Shown here in pieces: positions 39,115 to 48,797 of a stretch of DNA of 64,000 bases. The stretch lies in the NCBI GenBank assembly GCA_031553675.1, contig JAVBLF010000084.1, positions 375 to 64,374 on the forward strand. Reading direction: 5' to 3'. Made by a program: the position numbers and the translations under genes. This DNA comes from Eubacteriales bacterium. GTDB lineage: Bacteria; Bacillota; Clostridia; Christensenellales; CALWSW01. The notes beneath the pieces were generated by a model. That model made no database searches, was not told the DNA's origin, and saw only the letters and a program-made list of their open reading frames with translations. The number at the start of each line of letters is the position of its first letter. Position 1 is the first letter of the stretch.

Positions 39115-39177
39115 TTGCAGCGGGCTCGCGGTTGGGCACGCTCTGAGACCACACGCGCTACTGTTGGCAACCAAAAG

Positions 39178-39211
39178 CAACACCGCCCTGTGCTTCGGCA
39201 GAGCGGTGTTG
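39178..39211 (-). terminator. Probable terminator downstream of the IclR gene
   Basis: CAACACCGC...GCGGTGTTG hairpin, TTTT follows on the minus strand. Confidence 0.55.
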
Positions 39212-39244
39212 TGATGCCTATATTTGCAAGATTCGTGGAACGCC

Positions 39245-40012
39245 CTAAAACCAGCTCGACTGCCGCGCGATCGTTTGGGACGCTTCGCGGACGAGGGGCG
39301 CGAGTTCCGCCATGCGATGGTCGCTCATGCGCGTGCTCGGGGCGGAAACCGAAAAGGCGAAACGGCAACGCCCCGTTCGTTCGCGGATGGCGGCTGCGAT
39401 GCACCGCAGACCGGCTTCGTTTTCCTCGTCGTCGATGGCGTAACCGCGTTGGCGCGTGACCGCCAGTTCTCGCGAGAGCGCGTCGAGCGATGTGATCGTG
39501 TGCTCGGTGAGCGCTTGCTTGTCGGACATGTCCCAAATGCGTGCCACGTCATCGGCTTCCAGCATGGCGAGGATGGCTTTTCCCGCTGCCGTGCAGTGGA
39601 GGGGACGGCGCATCCCGATGCGGGAAGCCATATAGTAGGCGTTGGATTCCGATTCCGCTTTGTAGAGGTAGACGATGTCGGCACCGTCGCGGGTCACGAG
39701 GTGGACGGTCTCCCGGCAGGCGTCCCGCAGCCCATCCAATATGGGGCGCGCGATCGCGATGATGTCCGCATTGCCCAGCATGCGTCCGGCGATCTCGTAG
39801 AGCTTCCAGGTGAGCTGGTAAAAGCACTCGCGCTCATCGGTTTTTTGTACGTATCCCAGATCGATCAGCGAGGCCAACAAGCGGTGTGCTGTGCTCTTGT
39901 GAAGGCAAGCGTCGCGCGCGATCTCGCTCAGGCGGGCGCCTTCTTTTTTGGTCGATAGCAATTCCAGCAGCGCAAACGCGCGCTTCAGCGACTGAACACT
40001 TGACTCTGCCAT
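39245..40012 (-). CDS. IclR family regulator (KdgR-like)
   Basis: VQSLKRAF...LHKSTAHRLL HTH, PLHCTAAGKA, GYAIDDEENE.G.RCIA. Confidence 0.93.
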   Translation of the reverse strand: MAESSVQSLKRAFALLELLSTKKEGARLSEIARDACLHKSTAHRLLASLIDLGYVQKTDERECFYQLTWKLYEIAGRMLGNADIIAIARPILDGLRDACRETVHLVTRDGADIVYLYKAESESNAYYMASRIGMRRPLHCTAAGKAILAMLEADDVARIWDMSDKQALTEHTITSLDALSRELAVTRQRGYAIDDEENEAGLRCIAAAIRERTGRCRFAFSVSAPSTRMSDHRMAELAPLVREASQTIARQSSWF

Positions 40013-40123
40013 AAAACGCTCCCATCGTGCAATACCGTGTGACCGACATTATACCAGATTCCGATCCGAACGCATACCGAAGAAAATGCGGCGCGACTTG
40101 CGACTTGGCATGCATTTCGGGCC

Positions 40124-40195
40124 TTGCCAAAACGCTGCATCCTTGAGATAATACAAACGGTTCATATTGCAGACCTACGTTTCATAATATGGAAC
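40124..40195 (+). promoter_or_regulatory. eda-kdgK promoter with two tandem IclR-type operators
   Basis: TTGCCA-17-GATAAT, then imperfect palindromes GGTTCAT-ATT-GCAGACC (40159-40175) and GTTTCAT-AAT-ATGGAAC (40179-40195). Confidence 0.55.
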
Positions 40196-40213
40196 ATATA
40201 CAGAGGTGACGCC

Positions 40214-41182
40214 ATGCATCCCATTCTGGAACAAATCAGCCGCATCGGCATCGTACCCGTCATCAAGATCGACGACCCGCAAAACGCCCTTCCCCTGGCC
40301 CACGCCCTCGTCGAAGGAGGGATTCCCTGTGCCGAAGTGACCTTCCGCACCGCACAGGCGGCCGACGCCATTCGCGCCATGGCCGCCGGATCGGCTGACA
40401 TCCTGGTGGGCGCCGGCACGGTCCTGAGCACCGAACAAGTCGACCGCGCCATCGACGCAGGCGCTTCTTTCATCGTCAGCCCGGGTTTCAACCCAGAGGT
40501 CGTCGCCCACTGCGTCAAGCGCGGCATCCCGATCACGCCCGGTTGCGCGACCCCTTCCGACATCGAACGCGCGCTTGCATTTGGCTTGGAAGCCGTCAAG
40601 TTTTTCCCGGCCGAACAGGCGGGCGGACTCGACTACATCAAGGCGGTCTCCGCCCCTTACGGCAACGTGAAGTTCATCCCGACAGGCGGCATCAACGCCG
40701 AAAATCTGGGGCGCTACCTCGCCTTCGACAAAGTGCTCGCCTGTGGCGGGTCCTGGATGGTCCAGGCCGACTGGATTCGCGACGGGCGCTTTGACGAGAT
40801 CGCCGCGCTCTGCCGCGAAGCCGTTCACAAGATGCTGGGTTTCTCACTCGCGCACATCGGAATCAACACGGAAAGCGATGCCGAAGCGCTTCGTTCGGCC
40901 GAGCAAATCGCGCGGCTCTTCGGATTCGCCGTCAAGCCGGGGAGCAGCTCCGTGTTCGCGGGCACGGCATTCGAGTTCATGAAGGCACCCTATCTCGGGA
41001 AAAACGGCCACATCGCCATCGCGACCAAGAGCCTGTCACGCGCTCGATATCAGCTCGAACGCCAAGGTTTCGGCTTCCGGGACGACACGGAAAAGCGCGA
41101 CGCCAGCGGTGCACCGATGGCCATCTACCTCCAGGACGAGTTCGCGGGCTTTGCCATTCACCTGCTGCAAGCTGGAAAGTGA
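40214..41182 (+). CDS. eda: KDPG/KHG aldolase with C-terminal extension
   Basis: EVTFRT, GAGTV, FIVSPG, KFFPA, PTGGI, CGGSW. Confidence 0.93.
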   Translation: MHPILEQISRIGIVPVIKIDDPQNALPLAHALVEGGIPCAEVTFRTAQAADAIRAMAAGSADILVGAGTVLSTEQVDRAIDAGASFIVSPGFNPEVVAHCVKRGIPITPGCATPSDIERALAFGLEAVKFFPAEQAGGLDYIKAVSAPYGNVKFIPTGGINAENLGRYLAFDKVLACGGSWMVQADWIRDGRFDEIAALCREAVHKMLGFSLAHIGINTESDAEALRSAEQIARLFGFAVKPGSSSVFAGTAFEFMKAPYLGKNGHIAIATKSLSRARYQLERQGFGFRDDTEKRDASGAPMAIYLQDEFAGFAIHLLQAGK

Positions 41183-41190
41183 GGGGTATC

Positions 41191-42216
41191 ATGAAAAAAA
41201 GAGTTGTCAGTTTCGGGGAAATCATGCTCCGCCTCGCGCCAGAGGGATACGAGCGCTTTGTGCAGTCCCGTCGATTTGGCGCAAGCTATGGCGGCGGGGA
41301 AGCGAACGTCGCGGTGTCACTCGCCAACTTCGGCCTCGACGCGGCTTTCGTGACCAAGCTGCCCACCCACGAGATCGGCCAGTCCGCAGTGAACGCCCTG
41401 CGCCAGTTCGGCGTGGATACGAGCGCAATCGCGCGCGGCGGTGCGCGTGTCGGCATCTACTTCCTCGAAAAAGGCGCGTCCCAGCGTCCGTCCAAGGTCA
41501 TTTACGACCGCGCTGGATCTTCGATTGCGTCGGCGGACGCCGCCGACTTCGATTGGGACACCATTTTTGCGGGTGCCGACTGGTTCCACTTCACCGGCAT
41601 TACGCCCGCGCTGGGAGACAAGGTGGCGGCGATCTGCCTCAGCGCCTGCCAAGCCGCCAAAGCCAAGGGATTGACCGTCTCCTGCGACCTCAACTACCGG
41701 AAAAACCTCTGGAGCCGCGAAAAGGCGGGCCAGGTCATGGCGGGCCTGATGGAATACGTCGATGTTTGCATCGCCAACGAGGAAGATGCCGCCGACGTGT
41801 TCGGCATTCGCGCCGCCAATACCGATGTCACGAGCGGACAAGTCGACCACAATGCCTATCAGGACGTCGCGCGTCAGTTGGCAGCGCGCTTTGGTTTTTC
41901 GCGCGTCGCGATCACGCTGCGCGAATCGATCTCGGCGAGCGACAACAACTGGGCAGGCATGCTCTACGACGGCCAGCAATGCTATTTTTCCAAAACGTAT
42001 GCCGTTCGCATCGTCGATCGCGTCGGCGGCGGCGACAGCTTTGGCGGTGGCTTGATTTACGCGTCGCTCATGGACTATGCGCCCCAGGAAGCGATCGAAT
42101 TCGCGGTGGCGGCGAGCTGTCTCAAACACAGCGTCGAGGGCGACTTCAACATGGTCGGCGTCGACGAAGTCAAAAAACTGGCGGGCGGCGATGCATCCGG
42201 CCGCGTCCAGCGTTAG
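41191..42216 (+). CDS. kdgK: 2-dehydro-3-deoxygluconokinase (PfkB family)
   Basis: FGEIMLRL, GGGEANVA, DLNYR..LW, DRVGGGDSF. Confidence 0.92.
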   Translation: MKKRVVSFGEIMLRLAPEGYERFVQSRRFGASYGGGEANVAVSLANFGLDAAFVTKLPTHEIGQSAVNALRQFGVDTSAIARGGARVGIYFLEKGASQRPSKVIYDRAGSSIASADAADFDWDTIFAGADWFHFTGITPALGDKVAAICLSACQAAKAKGLTVSCDLNYRKNLWSREKAGQVMAGLMEYVDVCIANEEDAADVFGIRAANTDVTSGQVDHNAYQDVARQLAARFGFSRVAITLRESISASDNNWAGMLYDGQQCYFSKTYAVRIVDRVGGGDSFGGGLIYASLMDYAPQEAIEFAVAASCLKHSVEGDFNMVGVDEVKKLAGGDASGRVQR

Positions 42217-42227
42217 GGGAGGAAGCG

Positions 42228-43310
42228 ATGAAGCTCGACACCTACCTGGCCGATCTCGAAGAACGAATTGACATCGAAGAAGAAGAACGCATCGCGCAAA
42301 CGTGGCTGGATTTCGCCGACCTCCGCTGTGATACGCCCTACTTTGAACCCCGACGCGCGCCGCATCCCCCGACCGTCGAATGGAAGCCCATGCTGATCAA
42401 CGACGCGCTCGAAAGCGACGAGGGCATGGTCTACCAACAGCTCTGCCTCATCTCGGACGTGCTGCGGCGGGGCGGCGGCGACATGCTCTGCCTGCGCAGC
42501 AATTTCGGCACGGGCATCATCCCGGGCATCTTCGGCGCGGAGACTTTCATCATGCCGCGCGAAACGAATACCCTCCCGGGATCCCGTCCTTTGGCGGGCG
42601 GCATTGACGCCATCCGGCGCATCCTGGACGCGGGTCGCTATGATTTCGAATCGGGATATGCCAAGCGCGTGTTTACCGTCGCGGAACTCTACCTGTCGAA
42701 GATCGCCGCCTTCCCTAAGCTACAGCGCTATCTCTCCTACTACAACCCCGACTTGCAGGGGCCGCTGTCGCTCTGTGAGGCGACCTGGGGCTCCGACATC
42801 TATGCCGACGTGTTTGACGAGCCCGAGCTGGTCGAGCAGGCGCTCGATTTCTTTGCCGACGTCTACATCGACTTCACGAAGAAGTGGCACGCGCTCTGCC
42901 CGCCCTACGACGCGACGCACAGCGTCGAATGGGGCTGCCTGCACCGCGGCGGTACGATCATCCGCAACGATGCTGCGATGAACATTTCGGGCGAGATGTA
43001 CCGGCAATATGTCGCCCCGCGCGACCAGCGCATCATCGACGCCTTTGGCGGCGGCGTGCACTTTTGCGGGCGCGGACACCACTTCATCGGGCATGTCGCC
43101 GCGCTTCGCGGTCTGAGTTGCATCAACCTGTCGCAGCCCGACTGGAACGACATGGAGATCATCTACCAAAACACCATCGATCGGGACATCATCATCTTCG
43201 GCATGGTGCCGGAGGAGGTCGAACGCGCCACGCAGGCAGGCCGTCCGCTGCGTGGGCGTGTGCACTGCGGGGCATCGCAGGCGGCTTGGCGCGAAGAAGC
43301 GGATGCGTGA
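42228..43310 (+). CDS. UroD-fold (methyltransferase-like) hypothetical protein
   Basis: NFGTGI.P..FG, PDLQGP, VHFCG. Confidence 0.65.
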   Translation: MKLDTYLADLEERIDIEEEERIAQTWLDFADLRCDTPYFEPRRAPHPPTVEWKPMLINDALESDEGMVYQQLCLISDVLRRGGGDMLCLRSNFGTGIIPGIFGAETFIMPRETNTLPGSRPLAGGIDAIRRILDAGRYDFESGYAKRVFTVAELYLSKIAAFPKLQRYLSYYNPDLQGPLSLCEATWGSDIYADVFDEPELVEQALDFFADVYIDFTKKWHALCPPYDATHSVEWGCLHRGGTIIRNDAAMNISGEMYRQYVAPRDQRIIDAFGGGVHFCGRGHHFIGHVAALRGLSCINLSQPDWNDMEIIYQNTIDRDIIIFGMVPEEVERATQAGRPLRGRVHCGASQAAWREEADA

Positions 43311-43315
43311 CGAAT

Positions 43316-43330
43316 AGAAAACGTTTTTCT
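43316..43330. promoter_or_regulatory. LacI-type operator (auxiliary)
   Basis: AGAAAACGTTTTTCT, CG-centred palindrome. Confidence 0.5.
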
Positions 43331-43469
43331 TCAAGCAAAGCCGCAATCCAAATGAGTGCGCGAAAGCGCGAGGATCGATCCGATGCGTCCCGCCGAAAGG
43401 GAGGAAGGTCGCAGACGGCTTCCGTGGCCATTCGGCTTTCGTAGGCCGCAATTCTTTTTCGGAATGATA

Positions 43470-43519
43470 TTGACAAATGTTTGTCTATATTGTATCTTCG
43501 TGGTAAGGTAAACGTTTTC
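43470..43519 (+). promoter_or_regulatory. Promoter and LacI-type operator of the ABC/uxa operon
   Basis: TTGACA-17-TATCTT, operator GTAAACGTTTTC at 43508-43519. Confidence 0.6.
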
Positions 43520-43603
43520 TCAATCGCATGCCCTTTCTGTTCCATATTTTGCATTCCCATCGTGCCTCGTCCTGTCGTCCCATCATCGTTTGGAGGATTC
43601 ACC

Positions 43604-44995
43604 ATGAAGCATTTGAAATCGTTCCTTTCGGTCGCACTTGCAGCTGCGATGCTCGTTTCCATGGCCGCATGTGGCGGCTCGACGCCCCCGCCCGCCGAAG
43701 CGAAACCGTCCGCCGAAGCAGCACAGCCGGCCGCCGAGGAAGCAAAGGCGGAGGAACCCAAAGCCGATGCGGAAGCGCCTGCCGCGAACGCGGAACTCAC
43801 CGGCGAACTGCGCGTCACGACGCAGTCGTGGATGATGGGCAAGTACGACTTCGAGGGCATGAAAGCCGAATTCGAAGCGAACCACCCGGGTGTGACCGTC
43901 GTCTACAACAAAGTGGACAACGCCGACGTCACGACGAACATGCTGCAATGGTCCCAGGGCAAGACAGACTGCGACATCGCCATCGGCGGCAGCCGTGAGC
44001 ACGCCGTCCAGTACGCCGCGAAGGACTACATCATCAGCTTCGACGACGACTTCTTCGCCGGTGACTACACCAAAGACAAGTTCTTCCCGGCCTTCCTAGA
44101 GCTGGGCAACGTCGACGGCACCCAGTACATGATCCCCGTGACGGGCGAAGTCATGTTCATCGTCGCGAACAAAGAACTCATGAAAAACGCCGGCATCGCC
44201 GACGCGAACGGCGCCATCGCCGCGCCGAAGACCTGGGCGGAGCTGACGGAATACGCCAAGGCCGCCACCGTTTCCGAAGGCGGCAAAGTGACGCAAACCG
44301 GCCTTTCGATCGATTGGGGCACCAACTTCATGGCCTACTCCTACCTCGCCTGCTTGCAGGGCCTGAAGGGCAACTTCTACGAATCGGACGGCCATACGAT
44401 CGACTTCACCAGCCCGCAGTCGGCTGAACTCCTCCAGACCTGGACCGATCTCGTCAAAGCCGGCTACACGCCGACCGATACCTTTGCCGATGCCGATGCC
44501 GGACGCACGAACTTCAAAGCCGGCAAGGTCGCCATGCTGCTCACCGCCGCCTCCCGCTGGATCGAATGCCAAGAGAACGTCGGCCAGGGCAATACGACCG
44601 TGCTGCCCATCCCCGGCACCGACGCGAACGGCTCGCTCGTCTACATCCACGGCGCCGTCATCCCGAAGGCTTCCAAGCAGATCGAGCTGGCCAAACTCTT
44701 CATTCAGGAAGAACTCCTCAGCGCGAAGGTCCACCAGCAGGCACTGAACACCTATGGCAAGATGTCGCCCATGCTCGCCCACTATGAAAACCTCGACAAC
44801 CCCGATTGGCCGATGGTTCTCGAAGCGACGAAGAGCGGCGTGACGACCCCGCTGTACAAGGATTTCTCCAAGCTCGACACCAACATGCAGGTCGAAATCC
44901 AAAAGTGCATCCAGGGCGCGCAGTCGGTGGCCGACACACAGGCCCACCTGTCCAAGACCATCGGTGGACTTGACCTGAGCACCGGCCTCAAATAA
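43604..44995 (+). CDS. Carbohydrate ABC transporter extracellular solute-binding lipoprotein (CUT1 family)
   Basis: Lipobox MAAC, PKTWAEL, FKAGKVAM. Confidence 0.9.
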   Translation: MKHLKSFLSVALAAAMLVSMAACGGSTPPPAEAKPSAEAAQPAAEEAKAEEPKADAEAPAANAELTGELRVTTQSWMMGKYDFEGMKAEFEANHPGVTVVYNKVDNADVTTNMLQWSQGKTDCDIAIGGSREHAVQYAAKDYIISFDDDFFAGDYTKDKFFPAFLELGNVDGTQYMIPVTGEVMFIVANKELMKNAGIADANGAIAAPKTWAELTEYAKAATVSEGGKVTQTGLSIDWGTNFMAYSYLACLQGLKGNFYESDGHTIDFTSPQSAELLQTWTDLVKAGYTPTDTFADADAGRTNFKAGKVAMLLTAASRWIECQENVGQGNTTVLPIPGTDANGSLVYIHGAVIPKASKQIELAKLFIQEELLSAKVHQQALNTYGKMSPMLAHYENLDNPDWPMVLEATKSGVTTPLYKDFSKLDTNMQVEIQKCIQGAQSVADTQAHLSKTIGGLDLSTGLK

Positions 44996-45025
44996 GCAAA
45001 GAAGCAACGCGCCAACCGGGCGCAC

Positions 45026-45064
45026 AACGAACCGCAGAGGCTTCGAACGCTTCTGCGGTTCGTT
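45026..45064 (+). other. Stem-loop after the solute-binding gene (mRNA stabiliser/attenuator)
   Basis: AACGAACCGCAGAGGC...GCTTCTGCGGTTCGTT with no U tail. Confidence 0.55.
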
Positions 45065-45089
45065 ACAAAAAGGGGGGCGAAAAGCCGCT

Positions 45090-46058
45090 ATGAAACGCAA
45101 TCTGTCGTCCGGTGTCAAACGTCAACTGACCGGGTATGCTTTTTTGACGCCGGGCTTTCTCTTCATCGCCATCTACATGGCTTATCCGCTCGTGCGGTCC
45201 CTGTTTCTCAGCTTTACCCAGTACAACTTTGCGTTCGACGACGCGCCGACCTTTGTCGGCCTCAAGAACTACGTCGACATGTTCTCCGACACCTTTTTTC
45301 TCGACGCGCTCCGCAACACGACGGTCTTTGCCGTTGTGTTCTTCCCGAGCGTGATTGTGCTGTCACTGATCGTCGCTTTGCTGCTCGATCACGGCGTGCG
45401 CGGATCGGCCTTTTTCCGCACTTGCATCTTCTTGCCGGTCGTCGTGCCGCTCTCCCTCACGGGTATCATCTTCCAGTGGATCCTGAACGAAAACTACGGG
45501 CTCCTCAACTGGTTTTTGTCGGACTTTCTCCCCTTCACGTCCTGGGCGCACAACTGGCTGGGGGAGGACAAATGGGCGATGGTCAGCATCATCGTCGTCA
45601 GCTTGTGGAAAAACATCGGCCTGCTCGTCGTCATGTTTATGGCCGGATTGCAGGCGATTTCAAATGACATCATCGAAGCTTCGATGATCGACGGCTGCAA
45701 CACGATGCAGCGCATTTTCCGCGTCGTGATCCCCAACCTGAAAGAGAGCTTCGTGATATGCGGCATTTGGGCGATCATCCAGGCGGTCAAGGTCTTCGAG
45801 CAGCCCTTCATCATGACGAACGGCGGCCCCGGTACGGCGACGCTCGTGCTCTACCAATACACATGGATGAACGCGTTCAAGCACTTTGAGATGGGCTACG
45901 CGTCCTCGATCGCCTACTTCATGGGCGTCGTCATCCTCGTGCTGTCTTACCTCAACATGCGCGTCAACCGCAGCGACGAAGAAAAAGAAGCCATTCAGAA
46001 AAAACGCGAGCAGAAAAAACGCAAGGCCGAGGCCAGATTGGAGGGGACTGTCGCGTGA
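45090..46058 (+). CDS. Carbohydrate ABC transporter permease (MalF-like)
   Basis: FVGLKNY, AGLQAI..IIEASMIDG EAA motif, MTNGGP. Confidence 0.93.
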   Translation: MKRNLSSGVKRQLTGYAFLTPGFLFIAIYMAYPLVRSLFLSFTQYNFAFDDAPTFVGLKNYVDMFSDTFFLDALRNTTVFAVVFFPSVIVLSLIVALLLDHGVRGSAFFRTCIFLPVVVPLSLTGIIFQWILNENYGLLNWFLSDFLPFTSWAHNWLGEDKWAMVSIIVVSLWKNIGLLVVMFMAGLQAISNDIIEASMIDGCNTMQRIFRVVIPNLKESFVICGIWAIIQAVKVFEQPFIMTNGGPGTATLVLYQYTWMNAFKHFEMGYASSIAYFMGVVILVLSYLNMRVNRSDEEKEAIQKKREQKKRKAEARLEGTVA

Positions 46059-46894
46059 AAAAGAAATCCATTGCGGCCAACACCGCCATTTTCCTCGTGC
46101 TGGCAATCACGGCGTTCGTGTTCATCGTCCCGTTCATTTGGACCCTCTTGACCTCGATCAAGAGCAACGAGGACATCTATGCCGCGACCATGGTCATTCT
46201 GCCCACCCACGTGACGTTCGAGCATTACGTCAAGGTCATCACGCAGATGGGCGACTTCCTCCGCTACTTCTCCAACTCTGTCGCGACCTCGTTTTGGAGC
46301 GTGCTGGCGACCGTCGTGTTGAGCGCGACCTTGGGCTATGCGTTCGCCAAACTCGACTTCAAGTTTAAGAATGTCTACCTGGGTTTCATCCTCTTCATCC
46401 TGACCCTCCCTTACGTCATCTACCTGATCCCGATCTACCTCATGCAGTCGAAGCTCGACTTGATCGACAAGGTGGGCGGTCTGGTGCTCCCCTACGTCGC
46501 GACCAACCTTCCGATGGCCGTGTTCATCATGCGCGGACAGTTCAACGGCGTGCCCGACACGCTGAGCGAGGCTGCCATGCTGGACGGCTGCAACGCCTGG
46601 CAGATCTTCTACAAGATCGTGTTGCCTGTCGTCAAGCCCGGCATCGCGACGGTGATCATCTTCACCTTCATCAACGTATGGGGCGAATTCACCTATGCCC
46701 GCACGCTGACTTCGACGATCAATTCCCAGACGCTGCCGGTCGGCATTACCTTCTTGCGCGACGAGGCGGCGTCCTGGCAGTATGGAACGCTGACAGCGAC
46801 GATCACGCTCTCGCTGATCCCGCTGCTGGCCATCTTCCTGAGCATGCAAAAGTACTTCGTCGCCGGCCTGATGGAAGGCGCACTCAAGGGTTAA
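46055..46894 (+). CDS. Carbohydrate ABC transporter permease (MalG-like)
   Basis: SEAAMLDG EAA motif, QKYFVAGL..GALKG. Confidence 0.93.
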   Translation: MKKKSIAANTAIFLVLAITAFVFIVPFIWTLLTSIKSNEDIYAATMVILPTHVTFEHYVKVITQMGDFLRYFSNSVATSFWSVLATVVLSATLGYAFAKLDFKFKNVYLGFILFILTLPYVIYLIPIYLMQSKLDLIDKVGGLVLPYVATNLPMAVFIMRGQFNGVPDTLSEAAMLDGCNAWQIFYKIVLPVVKPGIATVIIFTFINVWGEFTYARTLTSTINSQTLPVGITFLRDEAASWQYGTLTATITLSLIPLLAIFLSMQKYFVAGLMEGALKG

Positions 46895-46935
46895 ACCGCC
46901 GAATGCGGCGAATCAAAGGGGGGTGTGTTTCGAAG

Positions 46936-47613
46936 ATGTTTTCGCAAAACGCAGACCGGAAGCCCACGTCTGGCGGCGAGCCGTCTGCCAAAGCGGGCAT
47001 GCAGCTCTTCTTTGATCTGCTTCGGCAAAATGCCTGGGAGTTGCTCCTCCTCAATCTGATGTTTTTGTTGGCGTCGCTTCCGGTGATCACACTGCCCCCC
47101 GCCCTCGCCGCCATGAGCCGGATCAACATGCAGGCGTTTGAGCAGCGCGGCTGTCCGCTCCTGCGTTCATTTTGGACCGCGTTTCGGGAGACATTTGGGG
47201 CATCCTACGCCATCGGACTCCCGATCGCCGTCGTCGATATGGCTGCGTTCTTCCTCGTTCCCTTTTACCTGGCGGCTGCGGCGCAAAACGCTATGTTTTT
47301 CCTGCCGCTGGCCGTCGTCGTCACGACGGTACTGCTGGCGACGATGGCGGGCTTTTACGCCTTTGCGATGCTGGGCACGGTCGATCTGCCGCTCGGGAAG
47401 CTCCTCAAGAACGCGATCCTTTTGGCCTTCCTGCGCTTTCCCGTCAACGTGGCGGCCTGTGTCGCCCTTGCTTTCATCGCGATCGTGATCCTGATCGGTC
47501 TGCCGTATACGGCGGCGGCGCTGTCGATCGCGTTTGCCCTGGGCAACTTCATCGCGACCTTTTGCGCGTGGGGCGGCATACGGCGCTACATCGTCGCCGA
47601 CGATCCCCGATAA
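46936..47613 (+). CDS. YesL/DUF624 family membrane protein
   Basis: LNLMFLL.SLPVITLPPALAAM, follows the ABC permeases. Confidence 0.75.
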   Translation: MFSQNADRKPTSGGEPSAKAGMQLFFDLLRQNAWELLLLNLMFLLASLPVITLPPALAAMSRINMQAFEQRGCPLLRSFWTAFRETFGASYAIGLPIAVVDMAAFFLVPFYLAAAAQNAMFFLPLAVVVTTVLLATMAGFYAFAMLGTVDLPLGKLLKNAILLAFLRFPVNVAACVALAFIAIVILIGLPYTAAALSIAFALGNFIATFCAWGGIRRYIVADDPR

Positions 47614-47649
47614 CCCGCATTCCACACTAGCACGCCGGGAGGAAATGCC

Positions 47650-48708
47650 GTGTCGAAGAAAATCGTGACGATCAAGGATGTCGCAACGGAGATGGGCGTT
47701 TCCGTCACGACCGTCCACAAGGCGATTTACAACAAAAAGGGCATCAACGGCGCCACCCGCCGCGAGATCCTCGACTACATCGACAAGAACAACTTCAAGC
47801 TCAACAAAGTGGCCTCCGCGCTGAAGCGCCGCCCCATTCGCCTGGCATCCGTCGTGATCGAGCCGGTGGGCATCAACCACTATTTTTATGCCAGCGTGCA
47901 AAAGGGCATCGACGACGCCAACAGCGACCTCGAGCCTTTCAACGTCGAGCTGACCCGATACTTCACCGACTTCAACGCGGCATCCCAAAAGCGCGTACTC
48001 AAACAGGTGCTGGACGAGCGCGGCGACGAGATCGACGGGCTACTCTTCGTTCCGGCCCACGAGCGCAGCTTGGCGGAGGACGTCGCACGCTTTACCGAAA
48101 GGGGCACGAAGGTCGTCACGGTCAACAGCGATGCGCTGGGCAGCACGCGAAGCGCCTGCGTCACCAGCAACGCGAAGATGGCCGGGCAAATCGCGGCCGA
48201 GCTTTTGACGCGCTGCAACGGCGAGCGCGAAGGGCAGGTCATCCTGCTGGGCGGCAACCACGAGATGTACAACCACCGCCGGATCGCCAACGGTTTTTTT
48301 TCCTACATGCGCGAGGAAGCGCCTTCGCTCGACATCCTGGAGCTTTACGACTTCGAAGATCTCAAAAGCACGGAGCGCAAACTGCGCAAGTACCTGTCGA
48401 GCTTTGACGACATCGCGGGCCTTTTCAGCAACACGAGCCGCAATACCTACGTCATGTGCCAGGTCATCGCCGATATGGGCTTGTCCGGACGCTTTCCGGT
48501 GATTGGCAGCGACGTGTTTGCCGAGCTGATGCCCTTCTTTGCGGATCGAACCCTCATGGCTTCGACCTACCAAAACCAATACATGCAGGGCTATCGGGGC
48601 TTACAGAGCCTTTACTACCTGATCACAGGGGAAGAATCCGTTCCCGACCTGACAGAGATGCACATCGGCATCGCCATCCAGAGCAATGCCGCAAGCTTTC
48701 TGACCTGA
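47650..48708 (+). CDS. LacI family transcriptional regulator
   Basis: VTIKDVA...GVS.TTV.KA HTH plus sugar-binding domain. Confidence 0.92.
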   Translation: MSKKIVTIKDVATEMGVSVTTVHKAIYNKKGINGATRREILDYIDKNNFKLNKVASALKRRPIRLASVVIEPVGINHYFYASVQKGIDDANSDLEPFNVELTRYFTDFNAASQKRVLKQVLDERGDEIDGLLFVPAHERSLAEDVARFTERGTKVVTVNSDALGSTRSACVTSNAKMAGQIAAELLTRCNGEREGQVILLGGNHEMYNHRRIANGFFSYMREEAPSLDILELYDFEDLKSTERKLRKYLSSFDDIAGLFSNTSRNTYVMCQVIADMGLSGRFPVIGSDVFAELMPFFADRTLMASTYQNQYMQGYRGLQSLYYLITGEESVPDLTEMHIGIAIQSNAASFLT

Positions 48709-48797
48709 GACATGGCGCGATTGATCTTCCGATCGACAGCATGAGCCCGAATCTTCCGACTGCGTCGCGGCAGCCAGAAATGGAGGAACGAATCACG

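Noticed and set aside
39160-39182. TTGGCAAC...GC as a sigma54 promoter
   Set aside because: GG-GC spacing is 9 rather than 10 nt, and it is on the wrong strand for mop.
40840-41182. C-terminal extension on Eda
   Set aside because: I recall this longer form as common in clostridial Eda proteins, so it is not reported as novel.
41109-42227. 733-aa ORF suggesting a large fusion protein
   Set aside because: The upstream part is an alternate frame of kdgK. The true start is ATG 42228 after SD GGAGG.
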